From assembly GCA_049852185.1 (NCBI GenBank), contig CP187540.1: a stretch of DNA of 64,000 nt. One strand, written 5' to 3'. The notes beneath the pieces were generated by a model. It searched no databases, was not told the DNA's origin, and saw nothing but the letters and a program-made list of their open reading frames with translations. The position numbers and the translations under genes are program-made. Source of the DNA: Methanocaldococcus sp. 28A. GTDB taxonomy: Archaea > AGJL01 > Methanococci > Methanococcales > Methanocaldococcaceae. Positions 1-9,700 of the stretch are shown here, piece after piece (the stretch's first letter is position 1; every line of letters starts with the position of its first letter).

Positions 1-1
1 T

Positions 2-205
2 AAGATGTGTCCATACAACGCTATAAAATATGTAGAGAAAGATGGACACTTAGTAGCTCAAGTCAATGATGTAGCTTGTAAGGGATGTGGTTCATGTGCA
101 GGAGCATGTCCAAGTGGTGCAATGCAGTTGAGATACTATAGAGATGAGCAAATAATTTCATTCATTGATGGAGTGTTAGAAGCTCACCAAAAGTTAGAAG
201 GATAA
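2..205 (+). CDS. hdrA: Heterodisulfide reductase subunit A, C-terminal fragment (5' partial)
   Basis: CPYNAI...CKGCGSCAGACPSGAM ferredoxin-like HdrA C-terminus; directly upstream of vhuD; frame open to window edge. Confidence 0.9.
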   Translation, partial: KMCPYNAIKYVEKDGHLVAQVNDVACKGCGSCAGACPSGAMQLRYYRDEQIISFIDGVLEAHQKLEG

Positions 206-272
206 AAACTTTGGGATAATGCACAGGCCCCATATCTAAAAATGAGCGCTTAACCATTGGAAAAAGATAAAT

Positions 273-317
273 CAGATGAGGCACTACCCTAAGGTATTTA
301 TTAGGGTAGTGCTGATG
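273..317 (+). promoter_or_regulatory. SECIS-like hairpin of hdrA (degenerate GAA) with K-turn-like base
   Basis: GCACTACCCTAA (281-292) perfectly complements TTAGGGTAGTGC (301-312); SECIS geometry but TAA in place of GAA; flanked by CA-GAT-GAG and T-GA-TG. Confidence 0.6.
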
Positions 318-434
318 TAGACACGTCTTTCTAACTTATTAAAAAATTTTAATTTTATTAAAAAATTTAATTTTCATTATTACTCCTCAAATTGCATCAA
401 ATTTGAATAAAATTAATACTTTGAGGGATTAGTT

Positions 435-839
435 ATGGAACCTGTAATAATTGCTTTCTGTTGCTATCAATGAGGTTATGGGGCTGCTGATTTAGCAGGG
501 ACAAGTAGAATGCAATACCCTGCAACCGTAAGAATCGTCAGGCTCCCTTGCACCGGTAAATTTGATATTACATATGCTTTAAGAGCTTTCCAAAAGGGAG
601 CCGACGGAGTTATGGTTGTAGGGTGAAAGAAAGGAGAGTGTGCTTACGAAGCAGGTAATTTAAAAGCTGAGGAGAGGGTTAGGTTTGTTAAAGAATTATT
701 GGATGAATTAGGAATTGGCGGAGACAGGATTGGAATATACTTCATGTCAGCTGCTGAGGCTGACAAATTTGTCTCCGCCGTTAATGAAATGACTAAAAAA
801 ATCCAAAAACTCGGACCTAACCCTCTCAAAGCTCAATAA
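435..839 (+). CDS. vhuD: F420-non-reducing hydrogenase iron-sulfur subunit D, selenoprotein with two Sec
   Basis: Manual translation MEPVIIAFCCYQ-U-GYGAADLAG...CTGK...VMVVG-U-KKGEC...GPNPLKAQ*; in-frame TGA at 471-473 and 624-626 at MvhD Cys positions; SECIS downstream; absent from ORF track. Confidence 0.95.
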
Positions 840-860
840 AGCCGGAGATTAAAGGGATGA

Positions 861-894
861 GTTCTCTCGGGAACCCATAAGGGACCGAGAGAAC
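861..894 (+). promoter_or_regulatory. Archaeal SECIS element (vhuD)
   Basis: GTTCTCTCGG-GAA-CCC-ATAA-GGG-A-CCGAGAGAAC: 10-bp stem, GAA/A internal loop, 3 G-C pairs. Confidence 0.95.
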
Positions 895-963
895 AACCGC
901 CCCTATGTGAGGGGTTCTCCGGCTTTTACAAAATTTAATTTAAACTTTCTTAGGGTGATTACC

Positions 964-1821
964 TTGGCAGTAAAGGTGGGGATGATTCAATTATGCGGAT
1001 GTTCAGGCTGTCATATTTCTTTGTTAGATTTACACGATAAATTGTTAGAAATTTTACCAAATTTAGAGATTGTATATGCTCCAATAGTTGCAGACCCTAA
1101 GGAGATTCCAGAGGGTATAGATGTGTTTTTAGTTGAGGGAGGAATTAGGAACGAGCATGATGAACATTTAATTGAAGAAATTAGAGAGAAATCAAAGATT
1201 GTTATTGCATGGGGAACCTGCGCTGCTTATGGAGGTATTCCAGGTTTAGCTAACTTATATACAAAAGAAGAACTGTTAAATACAGTATATACTACTGATT
1301 CAACGGATAATAAAGGGGAAATTCCTTCAGAAGAAATTCCTGCTTTAGAAGAATATGTTAAGCCAATAAGCGATTTTGTAAAAGTTGATTACATTATTCC
1401 TGGATGCCCACCAACACCAAAAATGATTGCCGATGCAATTGTTGCATTGTTAAATGGAGAAGAGCCAAAATTACCAACAAAAATTGTCTGTGATGAATGT
1501 CCAAGAAAGAAAGAAAATGTATTCCCAGAGAAGTTTAAGAGAACCTATGAAGGAAAACCAGACTCAGAAAGATGTTTATTTGAGCAAGGTTACACATGTT
1601 TAGGATTTGCTACAAGAGCTGGATGTGGAGCAAAGTGTCCTAAGGCTGGAGTTCCATGCAGAGGTTGCTTTGGAAAAACTGATAAGTCTTTAGACTTAGG
1701 AGCTAACGCAGCTAACGTATTCGCTAATGCCGGAGAAGCTGCTTTAGCAATTCCAGACAAAGTAGCTTTATTAAATAGATTCACATTGCCAGATGCTTTA
1801 ATTAATAGAAAGGTAAAGTAA
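964..1821 (+). CDS. vhuG: F420-non-reducing [NiFeSe] hydrogenase small subunit
   Basis: CSGC, GTCAAYGG, PGCPP, CRGC motifs; TTG start at 964 after GGTGA RBS. Confidence 0.93.
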   Translation: MAVKVGMIQLCGCSGCHISLLDLHDKLLEILPNLEIVYAPIVADPKEIPEGIDVFLVEGGIRNEHDEHLIEEIREKSKIVIAWGTCAAYGGIPGLANLYTKEELLNTVYTTDSTDNKGEIPSEEIPALEEYVKPISDFVKVDYIIPGCPPTPKMIADAIVALLNGEEPKLPTKIVCDECPRKKENVFPEKFKRTYEGKPDSERCLFEQGYTCLGFATRAGCGAKCPKAGVPCRGCFGKTDKSLDLGANAANVFANAGEAALAIPDKVALLNRFTLPDALINRKVK

Positions 1822-1862
1822 TTACAAAAAATTAAAAATAATAATAAAATAAGGGTGAATTT

Positions 1863-3119
1863 ATGGGGAAGATAGTGATTGAACCCCTATCAAGATTGGA
1901 AGGGCATGGTAAGGTAACTATTACCTTAGATGAAAATGGAAAGCCTAAAGATGTTAAATTGCATATAACTGCATTAAGAGGATTTGAGCAGTTTGTTGTT
2001 GGAAGACCTGCTGAGGAAGTTCCAAGAATAGTTCCAAGAATTTGTGGTATTTGCCAAACAGCACACCACTTAGCGAGTGTTAAAGCACTTGATGCTGCTT
2101 GGAATGTAGAGATTCCAGAGCCAGCAAAAAAATTAAGAGAATTAATGCTTATAGGAAACATAATCCACAGCCATGCTCTACACTTTTATTTCTTAGCAGC
2201 TCCTGACTTCATTCTTGGAGTTGATGCAAACCCGGCAATAAGAAATGTTGTTGGAGTTATAGACAAAGCTCCTGAAGTTGCTAAGCAAGCAATTGCGTTA
2301 AGAAAGTTTGGACAAAAAATTGTTGAGGCAATAGGGGGAAAGGCAATCCACCCAGTTACTGGAATTCCAGGAGGGCAAACAAAGAGATTAACTGAAGAAG
2401 AAAGAGATGAGTTGTTGAAGGATACTGACCAGATGATAGAATACGCTAAAAATGGAATTGAGTTAATAAAACGAATAAATGAACAGTATATTGAACAAAT
2501 AAAGACATTGGGAGTTATTGATACTTGGTATTTGGGTTTAGTTAAAGATGAAAAGCACAACTTCTACGATGGAACTTTAAGATTCCTCTCACCAGATGGA
2601 AAAGAGAAAGTAGATTTTAAACCAGCTGAATATTTAGATTACATAGGAGAGTATGTAGTTCCTCACAGCTATGTCAAATATCCATACTACAAGAAAGCAG
2701 GATATCCTGAAGGGATTTATAGAGTAGGGCCTTTACCAATGTTAAACGTCTGTGAGGAAATGGAAACTCCTTTAGCAGAGGAATATAGAAAAGAATTCTT
2801 TGATATCTTTGGGTTTCCAGCAAATCAATCATTAGCTTATCATCATGCAAGATTAATAGAATTAGTTAAAGCGTGTGAAAAAGCAAAGATATTATTAGAA
2901 GATAACGATATTACATCAGATGATATTAAAGCAGAAGTTGAGCCAAAAGCTGGAAATGGTGTTGGAGTAGTTTATGCTCCAAGAGGAGTTTTAATCCACA
3001 ACTACGAAACTGATGAAAATGGAATTGTTGTTAAAGCAAATATGATTGTTGCTACAACTCACAACGTTCCAACAATGGAAAAAGCTATTCAACAGGCAGC
3101 TCAAGAAATCTTTAAATAA
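1863..3119 (+). CDS. vhuA: F420-non-reducing hydrogenase large subunit (split; C-terminal ligands on VhuU)
   Basis: RLEGH and RICGIC motifs; lacks C-terminal DPCxxC. Confidence 0.95.
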   Translation: MGKIVIEPLSRLEGHGKVTITLDENGKPKDVKLHITALRGFEQFVVGRPAEEVPRIVPRICGICQTAHHLASVKALDAAWNVEIPEPAKKLRELMLIGNIIHSHALHFYFLAAPDFILGVDANPAIRNVVGVIDKAPEVAKQAIALRKFGQKIVEAIGGKAIHPVTGIPGGQTKRLTEEERDELLKDTDQMIEYAKNGIELIKRINEQYIEQIKTLGVIDTWYLGLVKDEKHNFYDGTLRFLSPDGKEKVDFKPAEYLDYIGEYVVPHSYVKYPYYKKAGYPEGIYRVGPLPMLNVCEEMETPLAEEYRKEFFDIFGFPANQSLAYHHARLIELVKACEKAKILLEDNDITSDDIKAEVEPKAGNGVGVVYAPRGVLIHNYETDENGIVVKANMIVATTHNVPTMEKAIQQAAQEIFK

Positions 3120-3204
3120 AGATATCTTTAGATAAGTATTATTAGCCGTTTCTTTCACTTTCTCTATTATGATTATCTAATCACTAACCATTATGGTGAT
3201 GAGT

Positions 3205-3357
3205 ATGGCTGAAAAAAGCACAGTCAAAGTTGATGAGGTAAAGTTAAACTTAATTGAGGTAGTTTTGAGGGCTTACGACCCTTGATATTCATGTGCTGCG
3301 CATATAATAGTTAAAGATGAGAAAGGAAATAAAATTATTGAGATTATTAAAGAATAA
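3205..3357 (+). CDS. vhuU: VhuU selenopeptide supplying the Ni-ligating DP-U-xxC motif
   Basis: [50 protein letters not shown]; TGA at 3283-3285; GGTGA RBS; SECIS immediately after the stop. Confidence 0.95.
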
Positions 3358-3391
3358 GCTCACAACCGAACCCATTTGGGAGGTTGTGGGC
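3358..3391 (+). promoter_or_regulatory. Archaeal SECIS element (vhuU)
   Basis: GCTCACAACC-GAA-CCC-ATTT-GGG-A-GGTTGTGGGC. Confidence 0.95.
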
Positions 3392-3394
3392 TCT

Positions 3395-3444
3395 TTCCCC
3401 TTATGCAAGGGGAATTCGCTAAAATCCTTTTGTGGATTTTAGCG
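3395..3444 (+). other. Two tandem hairpins in the vhuU-vhuB spacer
   Basis: TTCCCCTT-atgc-AAGGGGAA (3395-3414) and CGCTAAAATCC-ttttgt-GGATTTTAGCG (3417-3444). Confidence 0.75.
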
Positions 3445-3469
3445 CAAAATTTTTAGGAGGATGGGATTG

Positions 3470-4639
3470 ATGAGCATAACAATCCAGAGAGAAGCGTGTT
3501 TAGTGTGCTATGCTTGCCAAGCAGAATGTCCGACAAAGGCAATAGATATAGACAATTTTAAGGTGTGTAATTTATGCATGCAGTGCGTCAATGTATGCCC
3601 AACTGGGGCGTTAGTAGAGGAAGAGATAAAAATCAATGGAAAAACAGCAAAAAGAGTTAATTACTTAGCTCACAAGTGTGAGAAGTGTGGAGCCTGTGCG
3701 GAAGTATGTCCAGTAGGGATTAAGAAGGTTGATAATGAATTTCCATATTCAAAAGGACATTGCGTTTTATGTCAAAAATGTATAGAAGTTTGTCCAATTG
3801 AAATTATCTCTCTACCAGGGATTATAGACAAACCTAAAAAAGAAGTTAAAGCTCCAAAAGAACCTATAGCGGTTACAGACGCTTGTGTTGGTTGCGGAAT
3901 CTGTGTTCCAGAGTGTCCTGTAGGTGCAATAACCTTAGAAGATAATAAGGCAGTTATTGATAAAAGCAAGTGTATTTACTGCAGTATATGTGCTCAAACA
4001 TGTCCATGGAATGCTATCTTTGTAGCAGGTAAGATACCTAAGAAGAGAAGAAAAGAAGTTAAGAAATTTGATGTTGATGCAGAAAAATGTATTTACTGCT
4101 TAAAATGTGTTGAAATCTGTCCAGGAGATATGATTAAGGTCGATAAGGAAAATATGATTGTTGTTCCACCAAAATCATGTCCTGCTTGTAAGCTATGTGT
4201 AAATATCTGTCCAGTCGATGCTTTAGAATTGGATGTTAAATTAGCCTCTCCACATCCTATAACTGATGAAGGTTTAGTTATTGTAGAAGAGGATTTCGAT
4301 GTATTGAAGAAATGTGCTTCTGTCTGTCCAACTGAAGCTATTGTTGTAGATGAGAAGAAAAAAGAAGTTAGAATGTGTATTGTCTGTGGAGCTTGTACTG
4401 TAGCTTGCCCAACTGGTGCCTTAAAGTTAGGTAAGATAGAGCATAATGGTAAGGAATACAACAGAATTGAATTCAGCCCATACTTGTGTGATAAATGCGG
4501 AAAATGTGTCGAAGTCTGCCCAATGAAAACTTTAAGATTATCAAGAGGCAAATTGCCTCTAAAAGGTTATTGCGTAATGTGCCTCCTCTGTCTCTCCTGC
4601 GCTGAGGCTGAAAAAAAGAAAGTTTTAGAATTAAGATAA
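3470..4639 (+). CDS. vhuB: Polyferredoxin VhuB/MvhB
   Basis: Many CxxCxxCxxxCP motifs; operon position. Confidence 0.9.
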   Translation: MSITIQREACLVCYACQAECPTKAIDIDNFKVCNLCMQCVNVCPTGALVEEEIKINGKTAKRVNYLAHKCEKCGACAEVCPVGIKKVDNEFPYSKGHCVLCQKCIEVCPIEIISLPGIIDKPKKEVKAPKEPIAVTDACVGCGICVPECPVGAITLEDNKAVIDKSKCIYCSICAQTCPWNAIFVAGKIPKKRRKEVKKFDVDAEKCIYCLKCVEICPGDMIKVDKENMIVVPPKSCPACKLCVNICPVDALELDVKLASPHPITDEGLVIVEEDFDVLKKCASVCPTEAIVVDEKKKEVRMCIVCGACTVACPTGALKLGKIEHNGKEYNRIEFSPYLCDKCGKCVEVCPMKTLRLSRGKLPLKGYCVMCLLCLSCAEAEKKKVLELR

Positions 4640-4664
4640 GATAACTAAAAGGGGTGAATCCCTT

Positions 4665-5972
4665 ATGGTAAAGGTTATTAGAAACGTTGTTTGTCCTTTC
4701 TGTGCGACACTATGTGATGACTTAGAGATTTTAGTTGAAGACAACCACATAGTTGGAACAAGACATGCTTGTAGAATTGGAAACGCAAAGTTTATGCATT
4801 TTGAAGGGGCGGTAAGATATACAGAACCATTAATGAGAGAAAATAAAAAAGATGAGTTCAAAAAGGTTGATTATGAAACTGCAATTGAAGAAACTGCAAG
4901 ATTATTAACTGAAGCGGCTCTACCATTAATCTACGGATGGAGTGCTACTGAATGTCACGCACACATGTATGGAGTTGAATTAGCTGAGTTAGTTGGAGCA
5001 GTTGTTGATAACACTGCAAGTGTTTGACACGGACCTTCCCTCTTAGCTGTACAGGACGTAGGATACCCCGTTTGTACATTAGGAGAAGTTAAAAATAGAG
5101 CGGATGTAATTATCTTTTGGGGTTCAAACCCAATGCACGCCCACCCAAGACATATGAGTAGATATTCAGTATTTGCAAGAGGATTTTTCAGAGAAAGAGG
5201 GAGAGAGGATAGAACAGTTATTGTTGTAGACCCAAGAGAGACAGATACTGCTAAGTTAGCAGATATACACTTACAGGTTGAGCAGCATAAGGATTATGAG
5301 TTAATAAGTGCTATGAGGGCAGTATTGAAAGGATTTGAATTACGAGTAGATAGAGTTGCAGGAGTTCCAGCAGATTTAATCTATGATGCAGTAGAAATAT
5401 GTAAAAATGCTCAGTTTGGAGAATTGTTCTTCGCAATGGGAGTAACAATGACAAAAGGTAAGCATAGAAATATCGATAACGCTATACAATTAGTTATTGA
5501 TTTAAACGCTTATACAAAATTTGGACTAATGCCAATGAGAGGTCACTACAACGTAAATGGTTTCAACCAAGTTTTAACATGGGTTACTGGTTTTCCATTT
5601 GGAGTTGATTTTTCAAGAGGATATCCAAGATACAACCCAGGAGAAACTACAGCTAATGACTTATTACAAAGAGGAGAAACTGACATGATGTTAAACATTG
5701 CTTCAGACCCAGGAGCACACTTCCCACAAAAAGCAGTTCAACACATGGCAAAGATACCATTAGTTTGTATCGACCCACACGAAACACCAACAACCCAATT
5801 AGCAAATATTATAATTCCACCAGCAATTGCTGGAGTTGAAGTTGAGGGGACTGCTTATAGGATGGATGGGGTGCCAATTCAGTTGAGGAAGGTTATTGAC
5901 CCACCAGAAGGTGTTTTACCAGATAGAGAAATATTGAAGATGCTCATTAAGAAAGTTAAAGAGATGCTTTAA
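4665..5972 (+). CDS. fwdB: Formylmethanofuran dehydrogenase subunit B, selenocysteine form
   Basis: ORFs 4665-5027 and 5133-5972 are in one frame, joined by TGA 5025-5027 in NTASV-U-HGPS; N-terminal CPFCxxxCDD; SECIS downstream. Confidence 0.95.
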
Positions 5973-6083
5973 AAATTTTAATAAGAAAAATATAAATATT
6001 GGGTTTATATTTAGTTAAATAGTGGGGTGGGCGTGCAACGTTAACCATCTTTGGGGTATCCTACATCCTACGTTACACGTCGT

Positions 6084-6119
6084 ATGTTGGAGGGGAACCC
6101 GTAAGGGACCCTCCAACAT
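6084..6119 (+). promoter_or_regulatory. Archaeal SECIS element (fwdB)
   Basis: ATGTTGGAGGG-GAA-CCC-GTAA-GGG-A-CCCTCCAACAT. Confidence 0.95.
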
Positions 6120-6207
6120 TTTATTATTTTAGACACTTAAATCAATTAATTTAAATATATATTATAAAGTATTCTTATGCAAAAATATATAAATATATAA
6201 TCTATGT

Positions 6208-6609
6208 TTATACCATTCCAAAAACTTCAAAATATTTTTTCTGCCTAACAACCATTACTGGAATGTTGTTTTCCATTAATTTTTCTTTGAGTTCTTTATC
6301 ATTTGTTGCTACAATGACATTCTCGTTTTCTTTTGCATAATTTAATATTGCTTCATCTGCATAACCTTCATAGTTGATTAATTTATAGTTTTTTATTTTT
6401 GCAAGAGCTAAATTAATTGCTAATTTTTCCTTACCTTTTAAATCTCTGCTTCTTAATAACTTCTCCAATTCTTCCTTTACAGGAGAGAGAATAACAATTT
6501 CAAATTTTGAATTTATAGCCCTCTCTATTTCATAATCAAAGTTTATCTTATGCTTAAAAACATAAATTAAAAAGTTAGTATCAGGAACTATTTTGTATAT
6601 GGCTATCAC
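6208..6609 (-). CDS. PIN-domain ribonuclease (Fcf1/Utp23-like)
   Basis: DTNFL, ADEAI and VATNDKEL PIN acidic motifs. Confidence 0.85.
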   Translation of the reverse strand: MIAIYKIVPDTNFLIYVFKHKINFDYEIERAINSKFEIVILSPVKEELEKLLRSRDLKGKEKLAINLALAKIKNYKLINYEGYADEAILNYAKENENVIVATNDKELKEKLMENNIPVMVVRQKKYFEVFGMV

Positions 6610-6625
6610 CCGAAATAATTATTCT

Positions 6626-6718
6626 AATAGAACTTTTGCAGGAAATATTTTTTGATTGAATATAGACCTTTAGGTGTCAAAGCTCCTTATTTAATATATA
6701 AACTGCGAAAGTCCTATT
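6626..6718. repeat. Palindromic MITE-like repeat, family A
   Basis: TIRs AATAGAACTTTTGCAG / CTGCGAAAGTCCTATT (14/16); homologous copies at 11804, 12300, 15860. Confidence 0.8.
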
Positions 6719-6727
6719 CTAAGAATT

Positions 6728-9700
6728 TTAGGATTCATTAACTTTAACTTTTGAAATTCCACTTTCTTTTGTTATATTTATTATACAGTCAGCAACATCT
6801 TCAAGTTCTCTATGGTGGGTTATAATTATCATCTGTGGAATGCTTTTAACTTTTCTAAATATTTCAGCTAACTTAGCTCTTCTATTTTCATCTAAATATA
6901 CTGTTGGTTCATCTAAGATAATACAGTCAATTTTACTCCCAATTAAAGCGTTAGCTATAGCCAATCTTAAAGAGAGAGCAACAGCTATCTGTTCTCCTCC
7001 ACTTAAATTGTCTATAGTTAAAATGCCATTTGGTGAATGAACCTTTATCTCAAAATCTTCAGTAAGTTCTACAAAGCTATATGGTAAATCAAACTCGTTA
7101 AATGCTTCATTTAAATATTTCTGGATTAATGGAACATATTTCTTCCTAAGATACTTTTGAAATCCATCTCTACTAAACACACTTCTAACTTTATTTAAAT
7201 AGTCAATAAACTTTATTAATTTCTCTTTTTCTTTTTCCAACTCATGCAATTCCCTTAATTTTTTGTTTATATTTTCAATATCGTCTTTTAAATATTTTAT
7301 TTGAGATTCTATTTTTCCAAATTCTATTTCAGCATTTTTAAGTTCATTCTGCTTTTTCTCAAACTCCCTCTCTATCTCTATAAATTTCTTATCAGAATAG
7401 TTTATCTCATTGAGTTTTTGATTTATATAGTTAATTCTTTCTTCTATCTCTTTAATTTTTTCATTAACTTCTAAAATTTTATTGTTTAAGTAATTTTCAA
7501 TATCTTCTTTTCTATATCTTTTTTTGATGTTGTTTAAAGTAATTTCTGCTGAATTACATCTCTTATATATATCTTCAAGCTCATACACTCTCTTTTTATA
7601 GTTCTCTAATTTTTCATTTAGTGATAGATATTCCTTATACATTCCTAACTTTGATAACATTCTATTTTCAATTTCTTTAAATTCATTTTCTTTCTTCTTA
7701 AGTTCTATAATTTTATCTTTTAAATAGGACACTTCTTTTTCTTCTTCTCTGAGTTTTTTTAGTTCTTCTCTGCATTTTTCTTTATTCCATCCTTTAACGC
7801 TCTCTCTAATGTATCCAATTCTCTCTTTAAGCTTTTCTTCATTAACACTATTTAAATATTTTATTGCAGACACATACTCGTTATATTTATCTTTAATTTC
7901 ATTTAATTGGGACTTAGCTTCTTCTAACAATTCATTTACAGGTTTTCCATTAATAATATAATTAAACAACTGATTTTCAACATCTTTTAGCTCTTTTTCA
8001 AGCTCATCCAATTTTAACTTTAAACTTTCTAAATTCTTCTGTTTTTCGTAGTATTTAGTTTCAAGTTCTCTAAGCTTTTTCTCTTTACCAATTTCATTAT
8101 TTATTTTATTTGTTTTATTCTCAATTTCAATAATTTTTCTTTTTAATGTTTCTAATTCATTGTATTTATTATTTAATTGAGTTTTATGAAAATCTATTAA
8201 ATCTTGCTTTTTATTCTCATCTATTGGTGTTTTACACAATGGACATTTTCCTTCAACATCTTTAAGCTCTTTTAGGACTTTACTTATATTTTTAATTTCA
8301 TTATTAATTTCACCAATTTTTTGTTTCAACTCTTCTTTTTGTTTCTGTAATTGAACAAGTTCATCTTTCTTTTTCTCAATCTCTTCCAATGATTTTTTTA
8401 TTTCGTCAATATTTATATTATTTAACTCAATCTTAATTTTTTCAATTTCATAGGAAATATTTTTTATGTTGTCTTCTAATGATTTTTTCTTTTGCAGTAA
8501 TTTTGTGTATTCTAAGTTTAATTTGCTATATTCGTCTATTTTTTTCTCCAATTCTAAGTATTTCTCATAGTATTTTTTATATTCATTAGCAACTTTTTTA
8601 TATTTCTCAATCTCATCAAGCTTTTCATTTAAATTTTCAAGCTCTCCAAGTAGTTCTATAATATTCTCAATCTCCTCAATATTTCCTTTAATATTCTCTA
8701 AAATCTCATCTAATTTATCAATCTTATCTTTATATTTACTTTTGTTAATAATTTCTTTTAAGTTAGTAACATCTTCTTCAATAGCCTCCAATCTTTTAGA
8801 TAGTCTTATGTATTCTTCATAATAAGGTTTTAATTCATTTAATCTACTCTCAATTGTCCTAATTCCATCAATTAAAGATTTGTATTCTTCGTATTCATTT
8901 TTATACGCTTTTAAGATATCTTTTACTTTTAAGACTTCATTTAAATCATATTTTAAGTTTTCAAGTTCATTAGTGGCGAGTTCTAAAGCTTTGTTTCTCT
9001 CTTCAAGTTTAGTTATTAATTTTTCATACAAGGATTTTTTATTTTTCCAATCTTCAAAATTCTTTTTAGCAGTTTCAAATTCATCTCTAAGTTTATCTAT
9101 CTTACTTTTGATTATTTCAAGCTCTTTTTCTTTTTCAGATAGCTCATTTTCTTTATCTTTTAATTCTTTCTCATAATTTTTTTTCTGATTTAGATTACCT
9201 TCAATTTCTCTTAACTGTTTTTCATACTCACTAATAACCTCTCTCATTTTTTGGTAGCATTTTTCTAAATCATCAATTCCCAAAAGCTTTCCAATAACTT
9301 CCATTCTTTCAGATGGTTGTAAATTTAAAAGTTTAGCAATTTCTCCCTGCTTAATATATATAGAATTTAGAAATATGTCCTTATCTATTCCCAAAATATC
9401 AGAAATTGCTTTATTAACCTCACTAACTGTTCTTGCATATAAAGTTCCGTTTTTATATAATTTAGCTGAACCTCTTCCGTCGTATTCTCTAATAATTTTA
9501 TATATATTCCCATTAACTTTAAAATCAAGTTCAACTGTCATTGCTTTTTTACCTTTGGTTATAACTGCATCATAACTTAATCCCATTCTCCTTAAAGCAT
9601 CAGCCCCAAATAAAGCAAAAAACATAGCCTCAAATATTGATGACTTTCCACTACCATTTTCTCCAATAATGGCAATAATTCCTTCACTAAAATCAATTTT

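Noticed and set aside
336-375. Tandem TTATTAAAAAATTT(T)AATT duplication between hdrA and vhuD
   Set aside because: Low-complexity AT sequence, expected by slippage
907-963. N-terminal extensions in the ORF track (vhuG; likewise cbiF, TatD, purO, ribH)
   Set aside because: Extensions overlap RNA structure or neighbouring genes; downstream starts have RBSs and match family N-termini
4665-5972. Apparent split or pseudogenised fwdB
   Set aside because: Single in-frame TGA at the metal-ligand position with a SECIS: selenocysteine, not a nonsense mutation
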